64,000 nt of DNA from the human T2T-CHM13v2.0 reference genome, Homo sapiens: assembly GCF_009914755.1 (NCBI RefSeq), contig NC_060927.1. The stretch is one strand, 5' to 3'. Position numbers and translations under genes: made by a program. The notes below the pieces were generated by a model. The model made no database searches, was not told the origin of the DNA, and was given only the letters and a program-made list of their open reading frames with translations. Below are positions 16,384-27,956 of this stretch, piece by piece (position 1 is the stretch's first letter; each line of letters begins with the position of its first letter).

Positions 16384-16991
16384 GTTTAGAAGCATTTGCT
16401 TTTGATGGTTGATTCCAGTGGATCATTTTGAGATGCATAAATTAGAATGGGTACTGTCATATATGTCAGACTCAGCTCTGCTTCACTTCCCTTCAGACAG
16501 ACAGATGAGGCTTTGCCATGCCAGTGGTATGACAAGCAGCTACCAGCTTGGATGGCTGGCTAAGCACTTCCAGTAAAAATGGAGAAAGAAGAGAAAAAGA
16601 TGGTGGAATCTGTTTCTAGCCACCCCATACCTTTCCCTGAAGGCCACCCCTACATGTAATATACGTATATTGCAAATGAAACAAAACACCATATGAGCAG
16701 GGACTCTCCAGGAGAGGCATTTATTGGAAAGATCTGATTGTTGCAACTGTCAGAGTGAGAGAAGAGAAAACTGAAGACAGAGACTGGCAAAGACTTGGAA
16801 AAATATTATCCTGGGACAGACCTGTTTGATCCAGCAGAGCCACAGCTGTCTTTAGTGGTCTTTAAATAAACATTAGGTAGAAGAACATTGAAGTTGGTCA
16901 AAGTAAGGGCGGAGTATAAGAAATGCAATGTTAAATAATATTCAAGTGGGTTTTTGTCTCTGATTCTTTAGTCTTCCAAATCACGAGTTAA

Positions 16992-17276
16992 TTTTTTTTC
17001 TTTTCTTTGTTCTTAGAGATAGGGTCTCACTCTGTCACCGAGGCTGGAATGCAATGGTGCAATCATAGCTCATTGCAGCCTCAAACTCCTGGGCTCATGT
17101 GATCTTCCCACCTTCCTGGGACTGCAGGCATGCCACCATGCCCAGCAAATTATTTTTTTAAAATGAGGGTCTCACTATGTTGCCCAGGCTGGTCTTGAGC
17201 TCCTGGCCTCAAGCAATCCTCCTGCCTTGGCCTCCTAAAGTGCTGGGATTACAGGTATGAGCCACTGCACTGGGAC
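16992..17276 (-). mobile_element. Alu (AluJ-like, with internal deletions)
   Basis: Reverse Alu sequence with a T-rich tail. Confidence 0.85.
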
Positions 17277-17287
17277 ATGAGTTTAGA

Positions 17288-17581
17288 TTTTTTTCTCGTT
17301 GTTGAGACGGAGTCTCGTTCTTTTGCCAGGCTGGAGTGCAGTGGCGTGATCTCACCCACTGCAGTCTCTGCCTCTCGGGTTCAAGCGATTCCCCTGCCTC
17401 ACCCTACTGAGTAGCTGGGACTACAGGCGTGCACCACCACACCTGGGTAATTTTTTTTATTTTATTAGAGACAGGGTTTCACCATGTTGGCCAGGATGGT
17501 CTTGATCTCCTGACCTTGTGATCCGCCTGCCTCGGCCTCCCAATGTGCTGGGATTACAAGCGTGAGCCACAGCACCTGGCC
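17288..17581 (-). mobile_element. Alu (AluSc-like)
   Basis: Reverse Alu. ttggccaggatggtcttgatctc and the 1-nt shorter tgccagg are AluSc-type. TSD gagtttaga. Confidence 0.9.
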
Positions 17582-17719
17582 GAGTTTAGAATATTAACAG
17601 TAGTTTGTTTGCTCAGTAAAGCCAGTTGTCTAACATACAAACTGCCAGTAGAGAATAAGTCTTCGCTATTCCAGACTTTTTGGAAAACAATCTGGCAGTG
17701 TGCATTAAAAGCCTTAAAA

Positions 17720-18025
<306 letters not shown>

Positions 18026-18254
18026 CTAGTAATTCTACTTCTGGGCATGTAATCAAAGTAAATAATTTATGATACAAGGGGAGTGGAAACATTAATACAG
18101 AGGAGTTTATCCCAGTGTTATTTATACATCCCAAATAATGGCCATAAAGTAACTGCTAGTTAGTGGGGAAACAATGTTCCATGCATTGCTAGATGCCTCT
18201 GATGGATTACCTTCTGTCCTCAGCCTCGCCTCTGCCTCTACGGCAGTCAGACCG

Positions 18255-20480
18255 TAGCTAATAGATTATGTGTTCTGAGGGTTAAGACATGGGCAGCCAA
18301 TCAGGATTTTACTCAACTTGTCAAAATTAAAAATAATAATAATTGGAGCATAAAAAGCTTATGTCAACCACTATAATGGGAAATTCCAGTCCTTCACCCA
18401 GTTTCCGTAAGCCAGTTCACAGATCAAAGTCCATTGACAGGAGGGAGGTTGGTGTCTTTAAATAAGAATCCTGTAATATCACCATCAGCACCTACAATAA
18501 TAGTTCTCCAGTCTGGAATACCAGCATTGAGGAAAGGTGATTTGAAGCCTTTTGAATCTGGGTTTTGACTTGATGCCTGTATTAGGAGACCTGAAATGCC
18601 ACCAAGGCTCTCCAGTCAAAGGGGATGGGGGATGGAGGCTAGGTAATAAATGGATGGTACAAGTAAGTCTGGCTCACAATGGTCATTAGGTCCTGGGATA
18701 ATTTCCTTCCCCAAATGTGTAGGTGGGATGGATGTGGTACAATTGAGATGTCATAAATGGGATGGAATGAAAACCACAATGGTAAGAAGGGTCAAGGTTG
18801 GAAACTGCCTCCCTTCCCTGGCCAAGATAATAAATCAGAGACAATATTGGATCTTGGGAGAAATTGCAGAGATTAGGACCAACATCAAAGACTTTAAGGA
18901 TGCAAGGGTAGTTGTCCCCGCCTCATTGCCATTTATCTTATCTCTGTGGCCCCTGTAAAAGCCAGGTGAATCATGGTAGATGACCACCAAACACACGAGA
19001 GAGCTCCAATTTCCACTGCTTTGTTGGATGAAGTATCTTCACTAAGATTAATCAGCACAGCCTCCAATGCTTCGTATGTGGCTATAAGTTAGGAAAATTC
19101 TTCCTTAATCCCCATTAACAAGAAGGGTCAAAAGCAGATCTCTTATGTGGAAGGACTGCAAAATGTGTTCAGTGTCTTGTCAGCGGTCTATGTTAATCAC
19201 CTACTTTTTGTCACAGTGATATCTTCAGGGCCATCGCGCTGATCTATTTATGTTGATAAAATCATGTTTATTAGATCTAGTACATAGGACGTGGAAAGCC
19301 GTTGGAAGTCCTAGTAAAAGACACATGCCTGAGAGGGTGGGAAATAAACCCCATGAAGATTAAGGAGACCACCACACTGATAATGTTTTTAGGTATCCAG
19401 TGGTGTGGGGCATTCTGAGAGATACCCCCTCTAAGGTGGTAGATTTTGAACCTTGCACCCACCCTCATCCCCACTACCCTCACTGAGAAGTACAGCACTT
19501 GTTGGGCCTCTGGATTTTGGAGACAAGAATGCTGTACTTGAGAATGCTGTCTCAATGCATTTATTGAGTAATTCACAAACCTACCAGTTGTGAATGGGAG
19601 TCCAGAATAAGACAGGACTCTGAAGCCTGTTTAAGCTGCATTACAAGCATCCCTCCTGCTCCATGTGACCCAGAAATTCCAACGGAGCTAGTGCTATCTG
19701 GGGCAGGTAAGGGTGCTGTGTAGTTTCTGGCAGGCCCAACAGGAACGTTGTAGCACAGACCCTAGGATTCTGGAGCAAGGCCATGTGGTGGAAAGCTATT
19801 CACCTCCAAATGAGTGAGTTTGAAAAGAAGTTTCTGGCTTGCCACTGGGCCCAATTAGAGACTGAATACCCAACCCTGGGACCTCAAGTGACCTGAGCCA
19901 CCCATCATGCTGGTTATTGTCAGACCCACCAGGTCATAAGTTTGGGTGGGTGCAGCAACAATCCATGCAACATGAAAATGTACATTCAGGATTAGGCCTG
20001 AGCAGTTCAGTGGGCACAACCAAGGAATATACCAGGTAGCCCAGATTCGTCTGTCACCCCTGTTCGCCAGTGCCTCTCATCCACACTTATGACCTCATGG
20101 GGGAGGGGACTCCTGCAGCCAGCTACTGGAAGAGGAAAACCCCAGGTCTGCCTTGTGGATGAGTTGGTTCTCTATATTGATGTGTGCCCCAAAGGGACTG
20201 CTCCTGCATTACAGCCCTGCAGGACAGCAGTGAGAGAACTGAGTGCAGCCAGTGCACTTGGTTGTTAAGTTTGCACAAAGGGATAAGGGTACACGTGGAT
20301 TCCCGGATAGTAGGGAGTAACTTGGCTAGTTGGACAAGGGCCTGAAAGGAGTAAGATGGGATGATCAGAGAAAAGGGATTTGTATGGACCTGTGGGAATG
20401 GGCCAAAAAAAGCGCAGATAGTCGGGAATCGTGTTAATGCCCATCAGAGGACATTTTCCAAGGGAGGTGTTCAACAAGTG
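18255..20480 (+). mobile_element. Decayed class III (ERV-L-like) endogenous retrovirus internal region: gag end, protease, RT, RNase H
   Basis: KIINQRQYWILGEIAEIRTNIKDFKDARVVVP...LWPL*KPGESW resembles ERV-L RT (KIVNQKQYRIPGGIAEISATIKDLKDAGVVIP...IWPVQKTDGSW). Degenerate YIDD reads YVDK at 19249-19260. RGWEINPMKI and FLGIQWCGA motifs follow, and VNAHQR occurs near 20430. Many stops and frameshifts. Confidence 0.88.
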
Positions 20481-21488
20481 TTTTGACTTCAGTTCTGGGT
20501 AGGATATGTAGGTCATGGTGGACCACCATTCATGCTGCTGCAGCTAAAAATGCTGAATGCATTTCAAGAGTCATATCATTAAAGATTTTGGGAAGCTCTG
20601 GAAGTAAAGAGGATTTCATGGCCTAAAATTCCAGAGAAGGGGGAGACTTTCTGAAGTGAGCAGGCTGTCACTGGCATTTCCTTCCCTGGGGGCATTTGCA
20701 GATTCTGGACGTGGAATAAGAATCAGGCTTGGGAACATAGAGGAACTCTACCGGGGAAAGGGAAACCTGCAAAACCTCCAGCAAAGCTGTGTAGGGATAG
20801 TGTGATGATTTAGAAACTCAAAGATCCCTAAACACACAGCTGGGTTTATATTTGCCAAATTCTCAGACATGATGGGAAGTCAGGGAGTTTCAGCTAAAGA
20901 AGATTGAAATCTCCTGTAGCATTCTATAGGGCTATCTGTTTTTCTCCTCTTGTGTGAACTATTATAGCTGAGGGCATCAGGTAAGTGCATGCCCAGTTTA
21001 TTATTCCCAAAGTTACAAATCAGGTGATTAAGTTACTGTCCCTTGGAGTGGAAGGAATCGAGGTGTGGAAAGAGGCTATCAAGCTCCTTGACACACTGGG
21101 ACAGCGTGGTGGCTCAGACCACCCCTCCTCCTTCCCACAACCTTGCAGGTTGCTCAGCTGTCTCCCATGCGAGACCTCAGTTTGCTCCTTGAAAGAATCC
21201 CATGTGCAAGCAGGGTAGAGATTATTACCCCACTTTACAGAAGAGGAGTTTGGTCTTGAGTAACTCATCCAAAACGACACAAGTGCCAGGTATCTCAACC
21301 AAATTTGGAACTCGGGACTCCATTCTCTTTCCACTGCCACACTACAGAGCTTTAAGGATAAAACAACAAGGACTGTGAGCCCCTTGAGAGCTAAGATTTG
21401 GTTGAGTTAGGACCTACCTAACTCAGGGCCCGGTACACAGGGACAGAGCCAATACTTGAATGAATGACAGAGTACTAGGCCAACAAAG

Positions 21489-21655
21489 TTTTTTTTTTTT
21501 TTTTTCTTAGAGACAGGGTCTTGCTCTGTTTTCCAGGCTGGAGTGCAGTAGTATGATCATAGTTCACGGCAGCCTCCATCTCCTGGGCTCAAACAATCCT
21601 CCCAGCTCTGCCTGCCAAAGAGTTGGGATTACATGTGTGAGCCCCTGCACCAGGC
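21489..21655 (-). mobile_element. Alu monomer (FLAM/FRAM-like)
   Basis: Poly-T followed by about 140 bp of a reverse Alu monomer. Confidence 0.85.
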
Positions 21656-22099
21656 TGTCTATATGCTCTTACCTTTGAAGGGCATGTGGAAAGTTCTCTG
21701 CCTCTGTTATAGCCGGGCCACATTTCTGTTGACATGGGGCCAGTGGAACTAAAAGGAAACATCTGTGCCGGGTGAGGGTTGCGGGTGGGGTAGGGGGCTG
21801 GAATGGCTCCATGGTGGGCCAGAAGTTTGCATGTTATTCGGGCTAATATGGGTGGAGTGACCAAAGCCTGTTTTGTATAACTGAGACTTCCAGCAGCTTT
21901 GAGAAAAGAAACAACACCACCACACACACAAAAAAACCTTGAAAGCTGAAATATGCCTTTAGAGCTCTCTTCCTCTGATTTTTTTTGCCTGTTTTGTTAT
22001 TAAGATCATTCTTTGTACAGGGAGATTAGTATGAAAAGACTGGGCTGTGAGAGTGGTGTGTTAGTGAACAGACACTTCCTTGAGGGTTGGGGTCGCTCA

Positions 22100-22925
22100 T
22101 GAACATTAATGCAGCATCACTGTCTTGGCTGAAGCCACCCCCACTTGCCGCGCCATGGGCCAGTTGAGGTCTTGTGGACAGTGTCAGCAGATCTTTAATG
22201 CAAGGAAGATGAAACTGATATCATCTTCCATATGTAGAAGGTAAAATTGGCTCCACCAGGGCTATCGGTGAATCCATTGCAGGTGGCTGCAATGGCAGTC
22301 CACACCTGGCCAGGGAGAGTTGGGGGTGGACAAGAGGATCTGGATATTTAATGGCCATAAACTCAACAGTGGCAACAAATGAGGCCCAGGTGCTACAAAG
22401 AGCCCATGAATCTGTGGCTTCCTGAATAGAGGGTCTAGTCTGCTCACAGGAGGCACTTGCCCTGGCCCAGAGGAAGGCCCGTGAAAGCAAGTTTTGTTCT
22501 GGGATCTGCACCACAATGAAGACCATAACAAGCACAGTTTTATGCAGTGAGGATTCTCTGGAAGATTGAAGTAGATTGAAATCTGTAGCATCCAGGAACC
22601 ATATTGTAGAGGATCCATTGAGAAGAAAAAAGGAACGGAACATGGAGAAAGGACAGTCAAAGAAGGACAGGCTGGCCTCTCATGTGACTGCTCCACAGGC
22701 CAGCACTAGGAACCATGGGGTGGTTTCCCGGAGGCCAACCTGCCCCACCACAGGGGGATCCTGAGGACAAGCCAAGTGTCTAACGATGAAACTAGTTGCT
22801 TTTCAGGTAATGAGCTTCCTGTTCCTGGAAGGGTTTAAGCAACATATGGAGACATCTGACAGGGTCAATGGAAAGGGACATCCCACATCGAGGGGTGGTT
22901 AGACTAGATGGCCTCTTCTAACCTG
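22100..22925 (+). mobile_element. L3/CR1 LINE 3' relic
   Basis: Degenerate match to the CR1 ORF2 C-terminus (EKDLGVLVDHKLN...CINRS...CVQFWAP) around 22330-22530. L3-type 3' end (ggtaatgagcttcctgttcctggaagggtttaagca...gttagactagatggcctc). Confidence 0.6.
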
Positions 22926-22965
22926 CTTATTAACTCAGAGATCAAGAGTTATTGAACCCCTGCCC

Positions 22966-23278
22966 TTTTTTTTTTTTTTTAAAGGTAGGGTCTCCCTCTG
23001 TCATCCAGGCTGGAGTGGTGCAGTGGTGTGATCATGGCTCACTGCAGCCTCAACCTCCTGAGTTCAAGTGATCCTTCCACCTCAGCCTCCAGAGTACCTG
23101 GCTCTACAGGTGCATGCCACCACATCTGGCTTTTTTTTAATTATTATTATTTTGTAGAGATGGGGTCTCCCTATGTTCCCCAGACAGGTCTTGAATGCCC
23201 GGCCTCTATTGATCCTCCTGCCTTGGCCTCTCAGAGTGCTGGGATTTTGATTATAAGCATAAGCCACCGCTTCTGGCC
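22966..23278 (-). mobile_element. Alu (AluJ-like)
   Basis: Reverse, diverged Alu dimer. Confidence 0.9.
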
Positions 23279-23542
23279 AGTTTGCATTTTTTGAGGACCA
23301 CTGAAGCAATAAAAAAATGATGAAATGCCCAAACCAGGTTACGAAAAATAGAGATGTACTTTAAATGTTTACATTTAATGAAATAGCACTTTTCACACCC
23401 ACAGATATGACACAGGACAATATTCTATTCACAAGAGAGAATTCATTATTTATTTATTTTACCAATTGCCTTGGGTGATTCTATTTTTGCATTATTACAA
23501 CTTTTTATTGTGGTAATACACAACATAAAATTTACTATTTTG

Positions 23543-23830
<288 letters not shown>

Positions 23831-24065
23831 TTACTTTAACCATTTCTAAGTGTACAATTCAGTGACATTAAGTACATTCAAATTGTTTTGCAGCTGTTAC
23901 TACTGTCTATCTCCAGAACTTTTTCATCTCTCCTATCTACAACTGTGTATCCAGAAACACAGGATGAGGATGTGTATCCTCATCCCCCCACCCCAAGCCC
24001 CTGGAAACCACCATCCTACTTTCTGTCTCCATGATTTTGGGGGTTTTTTTTGTTTGTATCTTTCT

Positions 24066-24310
24066 TTTTTAATTTTATTTTAGGTTCTGGGTGCATGTGC
24101 AGGTTTGTTACACAGGTAAACTTGTGTCATGGGGGCTTGTTGTGCAGATTATTTTACCACCCAGGTTAAGTCTAGAACCCATGAATTATTTTTCCTGATC
24201 CTCTCCCTTCTTCTACCATCCACCGTTCATAAGGCCCCAGTGTGTGTTGTTCCCCTCTTTGTGCATGTTCTCACTTATAAGTGGGAGCTAAATGATGAGA
24301 ACATATGGGT
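24066..24310 (-). mobile_element. L1PA/PB-type 3' end fragment containing a short inverted segment
   Basis: ttttaggttctgggtgcatgtgcaggtttgttacacaggtaaacttgtgtcatggggg is the reverse of an L1PA13-16-like 3' end. Confidence 0.85.
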
Positions 24311-26103
24311 ATGTTTAAAGTTGTGAGATGAACTTGCCTCCTGTCAGAACTGTCCATGTGTCTCTCAGCTGTATAGACCCTTCTCGAGAGACAAGCCAAA
24401 CCTAGACTTGAAGAGGCTCCAAGGCAAAAGCCACTTCCTCCCTGCCCTGATTCTACGTAAGTCATTTTATCAGCACAGGCGGACTCCCAGGTGCTTGTCG
24501 AGGAGCTCTGTGTAGCATGTGCACGTATACACATGCACACACACCTCGAAAACCTGCAGGTGAAAAGATCAAAGACGTTGCTTACTGCTTAATGGAAATT
24601 CCTAAGCATGTCTCCTTCCTGAAGTGTGAATAGTTCACTTGCCGGGCTAGTAGGAGAGTCACACTCCCCCCAGTGAAGGTGTGTCCCCCCTTGCTTGGGG
24701 GCTAATGTTGAACACATGCTTAATATCTCTCTGCTACCTCACTGGGCACCCCAATGCATTCCATGCTCAGCAGCCAAAGTGCTCCCTCCAAAGTGTGCTC
24801 TGATCCCAGCCCTCCTCAGCGTGGTTCTCCATTGGTCTCCCGTGGTCTCCAGGCTCATATCCAGAGTCTTTTAAGATGGCTTGATGGCTCCTCTAAGCTA
24901 CATATCCAGCTTTATGTCTTCCCCACCCTGTCCTCATTGGCTCGGGATCTGGAATGCAAGGTGCTTTTGCTTGGCTCCAAGACTCTGCTTGTGTGTTTTC
25001 CACCTGGAGCCCTGTGCTCATTCCTTCCTCCCCTCAGCTGGCCACACCCTCTGTGTCCCTTCCTCAGCCTGAGGGCCACCTTCCTTCTGCCCTGCCCTGG
25101 CTGCATTCGGTGCCCTGTGAGACGCCACCACAGTCCCCATAGCTTCAACCATCAGCCAGCCCTGGAAAACATGGGGCCTCTGGTTGCCTCATGTTTAGAA
25201 AGCATACTTCGTTCATTTTCCTACCACTGAAGGGCCAAGATAGAGTTGGGCCAAGGTGAGAAAACCAAGAAAGCAAAGCAGTTAACAAAAATATTAATTT
25301 TCTTTTACCATCTGCTACCCACCCAGAGTTCCAGGAACAAGGCCCCTTTTAGGTTATGTAATCATCAGGCTCCAAATTGTCTCCCGAGGGCCCAGCTGTG
25401 AATATAAAACCCTTCCCACTCTGAGAATGTGAGAGGTGGAGCCCAGTGTCGTTGAGGGGCCGTGCAAATGCTCTGCTCCGTGCTCAGGGCCCCCACCCTT
25501 GGCAGGACTACTGTGCACTGGGCCAGCCCAGCTGGCCTCCTGCTTCCCTGGCCTACTACATAAGAGATCCCTCCCTAAGTCAGACAGGGGAAGGTGGGGT
25601 CCCTAGAAGGCAGGGAAAAGCCTGAAGTACATAGTATTGTATTTTCTTTTGGAAGAATCTCAAACTCAGAAAATTTGCAACGACAGTACAAAGAACATTC
25701 TCCCCCTGAACTATGTAAGTTGTCAACACAGTACCATATCGCTGTCTAATACTTCAGTATGTGTGTTTCCTACAGACAAAGACACTCTCCTACATAATCA
25801 CAGCACACCATCAAGTAGGACCATAACAGGGATACCGTCATGCGTTGCTTAACAATGGGAATACGTTCTGAGAAATGCATTGTCAGGCGAGTTCATCGTT
25901 GTGCTACCATGACAGAGTGTACTTACACAAACCTAGGTGGCATAGCCTACTACACACCTAGGCTCTCAGGTATGGTATGTTGCTCCTAGGCTACAAACCT
26001 GTACAGCACGTGACTGCACTGAATACTGTAGGCAGTTGTAACATAATGGTAAGTATTTGTGTATCTCAACATAGAAAAAGTGGAGTAAAAATATGGTATA
26101 AAA

Positions 26104-26454
26104 CAGCAGTCCCCAACCTTTTTGGCACCAGGGACTGGTTTCATGGAAGACAATTTTCCCACGGATGCGGGGTTGGGGTGATGGTTTCAGGATGAAACTG
26201 TTCCACCTCAGATCATTGGGCGTTAGATTCTCATAAGGAGTGTGCAACCTAGACCTTCTCATGCACAGTTCACAATAGGGCTTGTGCTCCCATGAGAATG
26301 TAATGCTGCTGCTGACCTGACAGGAGGCGGAGCTCAGGTGGTAATGCTCGCCTACCCACCACTCACCTCCTGCTGATGGGCCTAGTTGCTAACAGGCCAC
26401 GGACCAGTACTGTGGACCAGTACTGGTCCATAGCCTGGAGGTTGGGGACTCCTG
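26104..26454. mobile_element. MER1B (hAT-Charlie MITE)
   Basis: TIRs cagcagtccccaacc...ggttggggactcctg. 8-bp TSD gtataaaa/atataaaa. Confidence 0.9.
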
Positions 26455-27146
26455 ATATAAAAGATAAAGAAAATGATACACTGGTATAGGGCACTTACCA
26501 TGAATGGAGCTTGCAGGACTGGAAGTTGCTCTGAGTGAGTCAGTGAGTGGTGAGTGAACGTGGACATTACTGTACACTACTCTGGACTCTATAAAACACT
26601 GCACACATAAGCTGCATTACATTTTTTTAAAAAATGGTTTTCTTTTTTAATAATAAATTAACCTGAGCTTACCATAACTTTTTTTACTTTGTAAACTTTT
26701 GAACTCATTTAACTTTTTTACTTTTATAACATTTAGCTTAAAACACAAACACATTGAACAGTTGTACAAAATTATTTTCTCTATATCCTTATTCTATAGG
26801 CTTTTTCTAGTTATTATTACTTTTTTACTTTTTAAACTTTTTGTTAAAAACTAAGACACAAACGCACATTAGCCCATGCCTACACAGGGTCAGGATTATC
26901 AGTGTCACTGTCTTCCACCTCCACCTCTTGTCTCAGTGGGAGGTCTTCAGGGACAGTCACACACATGGAGCTATCATATCCTATGATAACAGTGCCTTCT
27001 TCTGGAAAACCTCCTGATGGACCCACCTTAGGCTGTTTCACAGTTAACTTTTTTAAAAAAAAAGTAGAAAGAGTACACTCTAAAATAATGATAAAAAGTA
27101 TAGCACAGTAAATACATAAACCAGTGACACGGTCATTTATTATCAT

Positions 27147-27575
27147 CGTATTAGTTCATTCTCGCACTGCTATAAAGAACTGCCCAAGAATGGGTAATTT
27201 AGAAAGGAAAGAGGTTTAATTGACTCACAGTTCTGCATGGCTGGGGAGGCCTCAGGAAACTAATAATCATGGTGGAAGGCAAAGGAGAAGCAGACACCTT
27301 CTTCACATGGCAGCAGGACAGAGTGAGTACAAGCAGGGGAAATGCCAGATGCTTATAAAACCATCAGATCTCATGAGACTCACTATCACGAGAACAGCAT
27401 GGGAGAAACTTGCCCCCATGGTTCAATGACCTCCACCTGGTCTTTCCCATGACACATGGGGATTATGAGGATTACAATTCAAGGTGAGATTTTGGGTGGG
27501 GACACAGCCAAGCCATATCATTCCACCCCGGCCCCTCCCAAATCTCATGCTCTCACATTTCAAAGCACAATCATG
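27147..27575 (-). mobile_element. THE1D-like MaLR LTR (27147-27520) plus adjacent 3' internal stub (27521-27575)
   Basis: Reverse complement starts tgatatggcttggctgtgtccccacccaaaatctc and ends gaactaatacg. The stub ttccaccccggcccctcccaaatctcatg is the reversed THE1-int 3' end. Confidence 0.9.
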
Positions 27576-27956
27576 TGGGGCAGAATGATATGGTTTGACT
27601 ATGTTCTCACCCAAATTCTTATCTTGAATTGTAATCCTCATAATGCCCATGTGTCAAGGGAGAGACCAGGTGGAGGTCATTGAACGATGGGGGTGGTTTC
27701 CCCCATGCTGTCCTTGTGATAGTGAGTTCTCATGAGATCTTATGGTTTTATAAGTGTTTGGCAGTTCCTCCTGCATTCATTGTACCTCCTGCCTCCTTGC
27801 GAAGAAGGTGTTTGTTTCCCCTTCACCTTCTGCCACAATTGTAAATTTCCTGAGGCCTCCCCAGCCGTGTGGAACTGTAAATCAATTAAACCTCTTTCCT
27901 TTCTAAATTACCCAGTCTTGGGCAGTTCTTTAGAGTAGTGTGAAAACGGACTAACA
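27576..27956 (+). mobile_element. THE1D-like MaLR LTR (27586-27956) preceded by a PPT-like stub tggggcagaa
   Basis: tgatatggtttgactatgttctcacccaaat...caattaaacctctttcc...ggactaaca. Confidence 0.9.

Noticed and set aside
16658-16671. 14-bp palindrome aatatacgtatatt, with a similar 12-mer near 5535
   Set aside because: Short AT-rich low-complexity palindromes are expected by chance.
18650-18958. 102-aa ORF with RT-like sequence as a possible domesticated retroviral gene
   Set aside because: It terminates before the RT catalytic core, and the rest of pol has multiple stops, frameshifts and a broken YIDD motif.
22221-22696. Two ORFs of about 140 aa on the minus strand
   Set aside because: They lie antisense to an apparent L3/CR1 relic and resemble no protein I recognise.
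24754-25230. 158-aa ATG-initiated ORF between the two genes
   Set aside because: Low-complexity Leu/Pro/Ser composition typical of chance ORFs in pyrimidine-rich DNA, with no homology or exon context.
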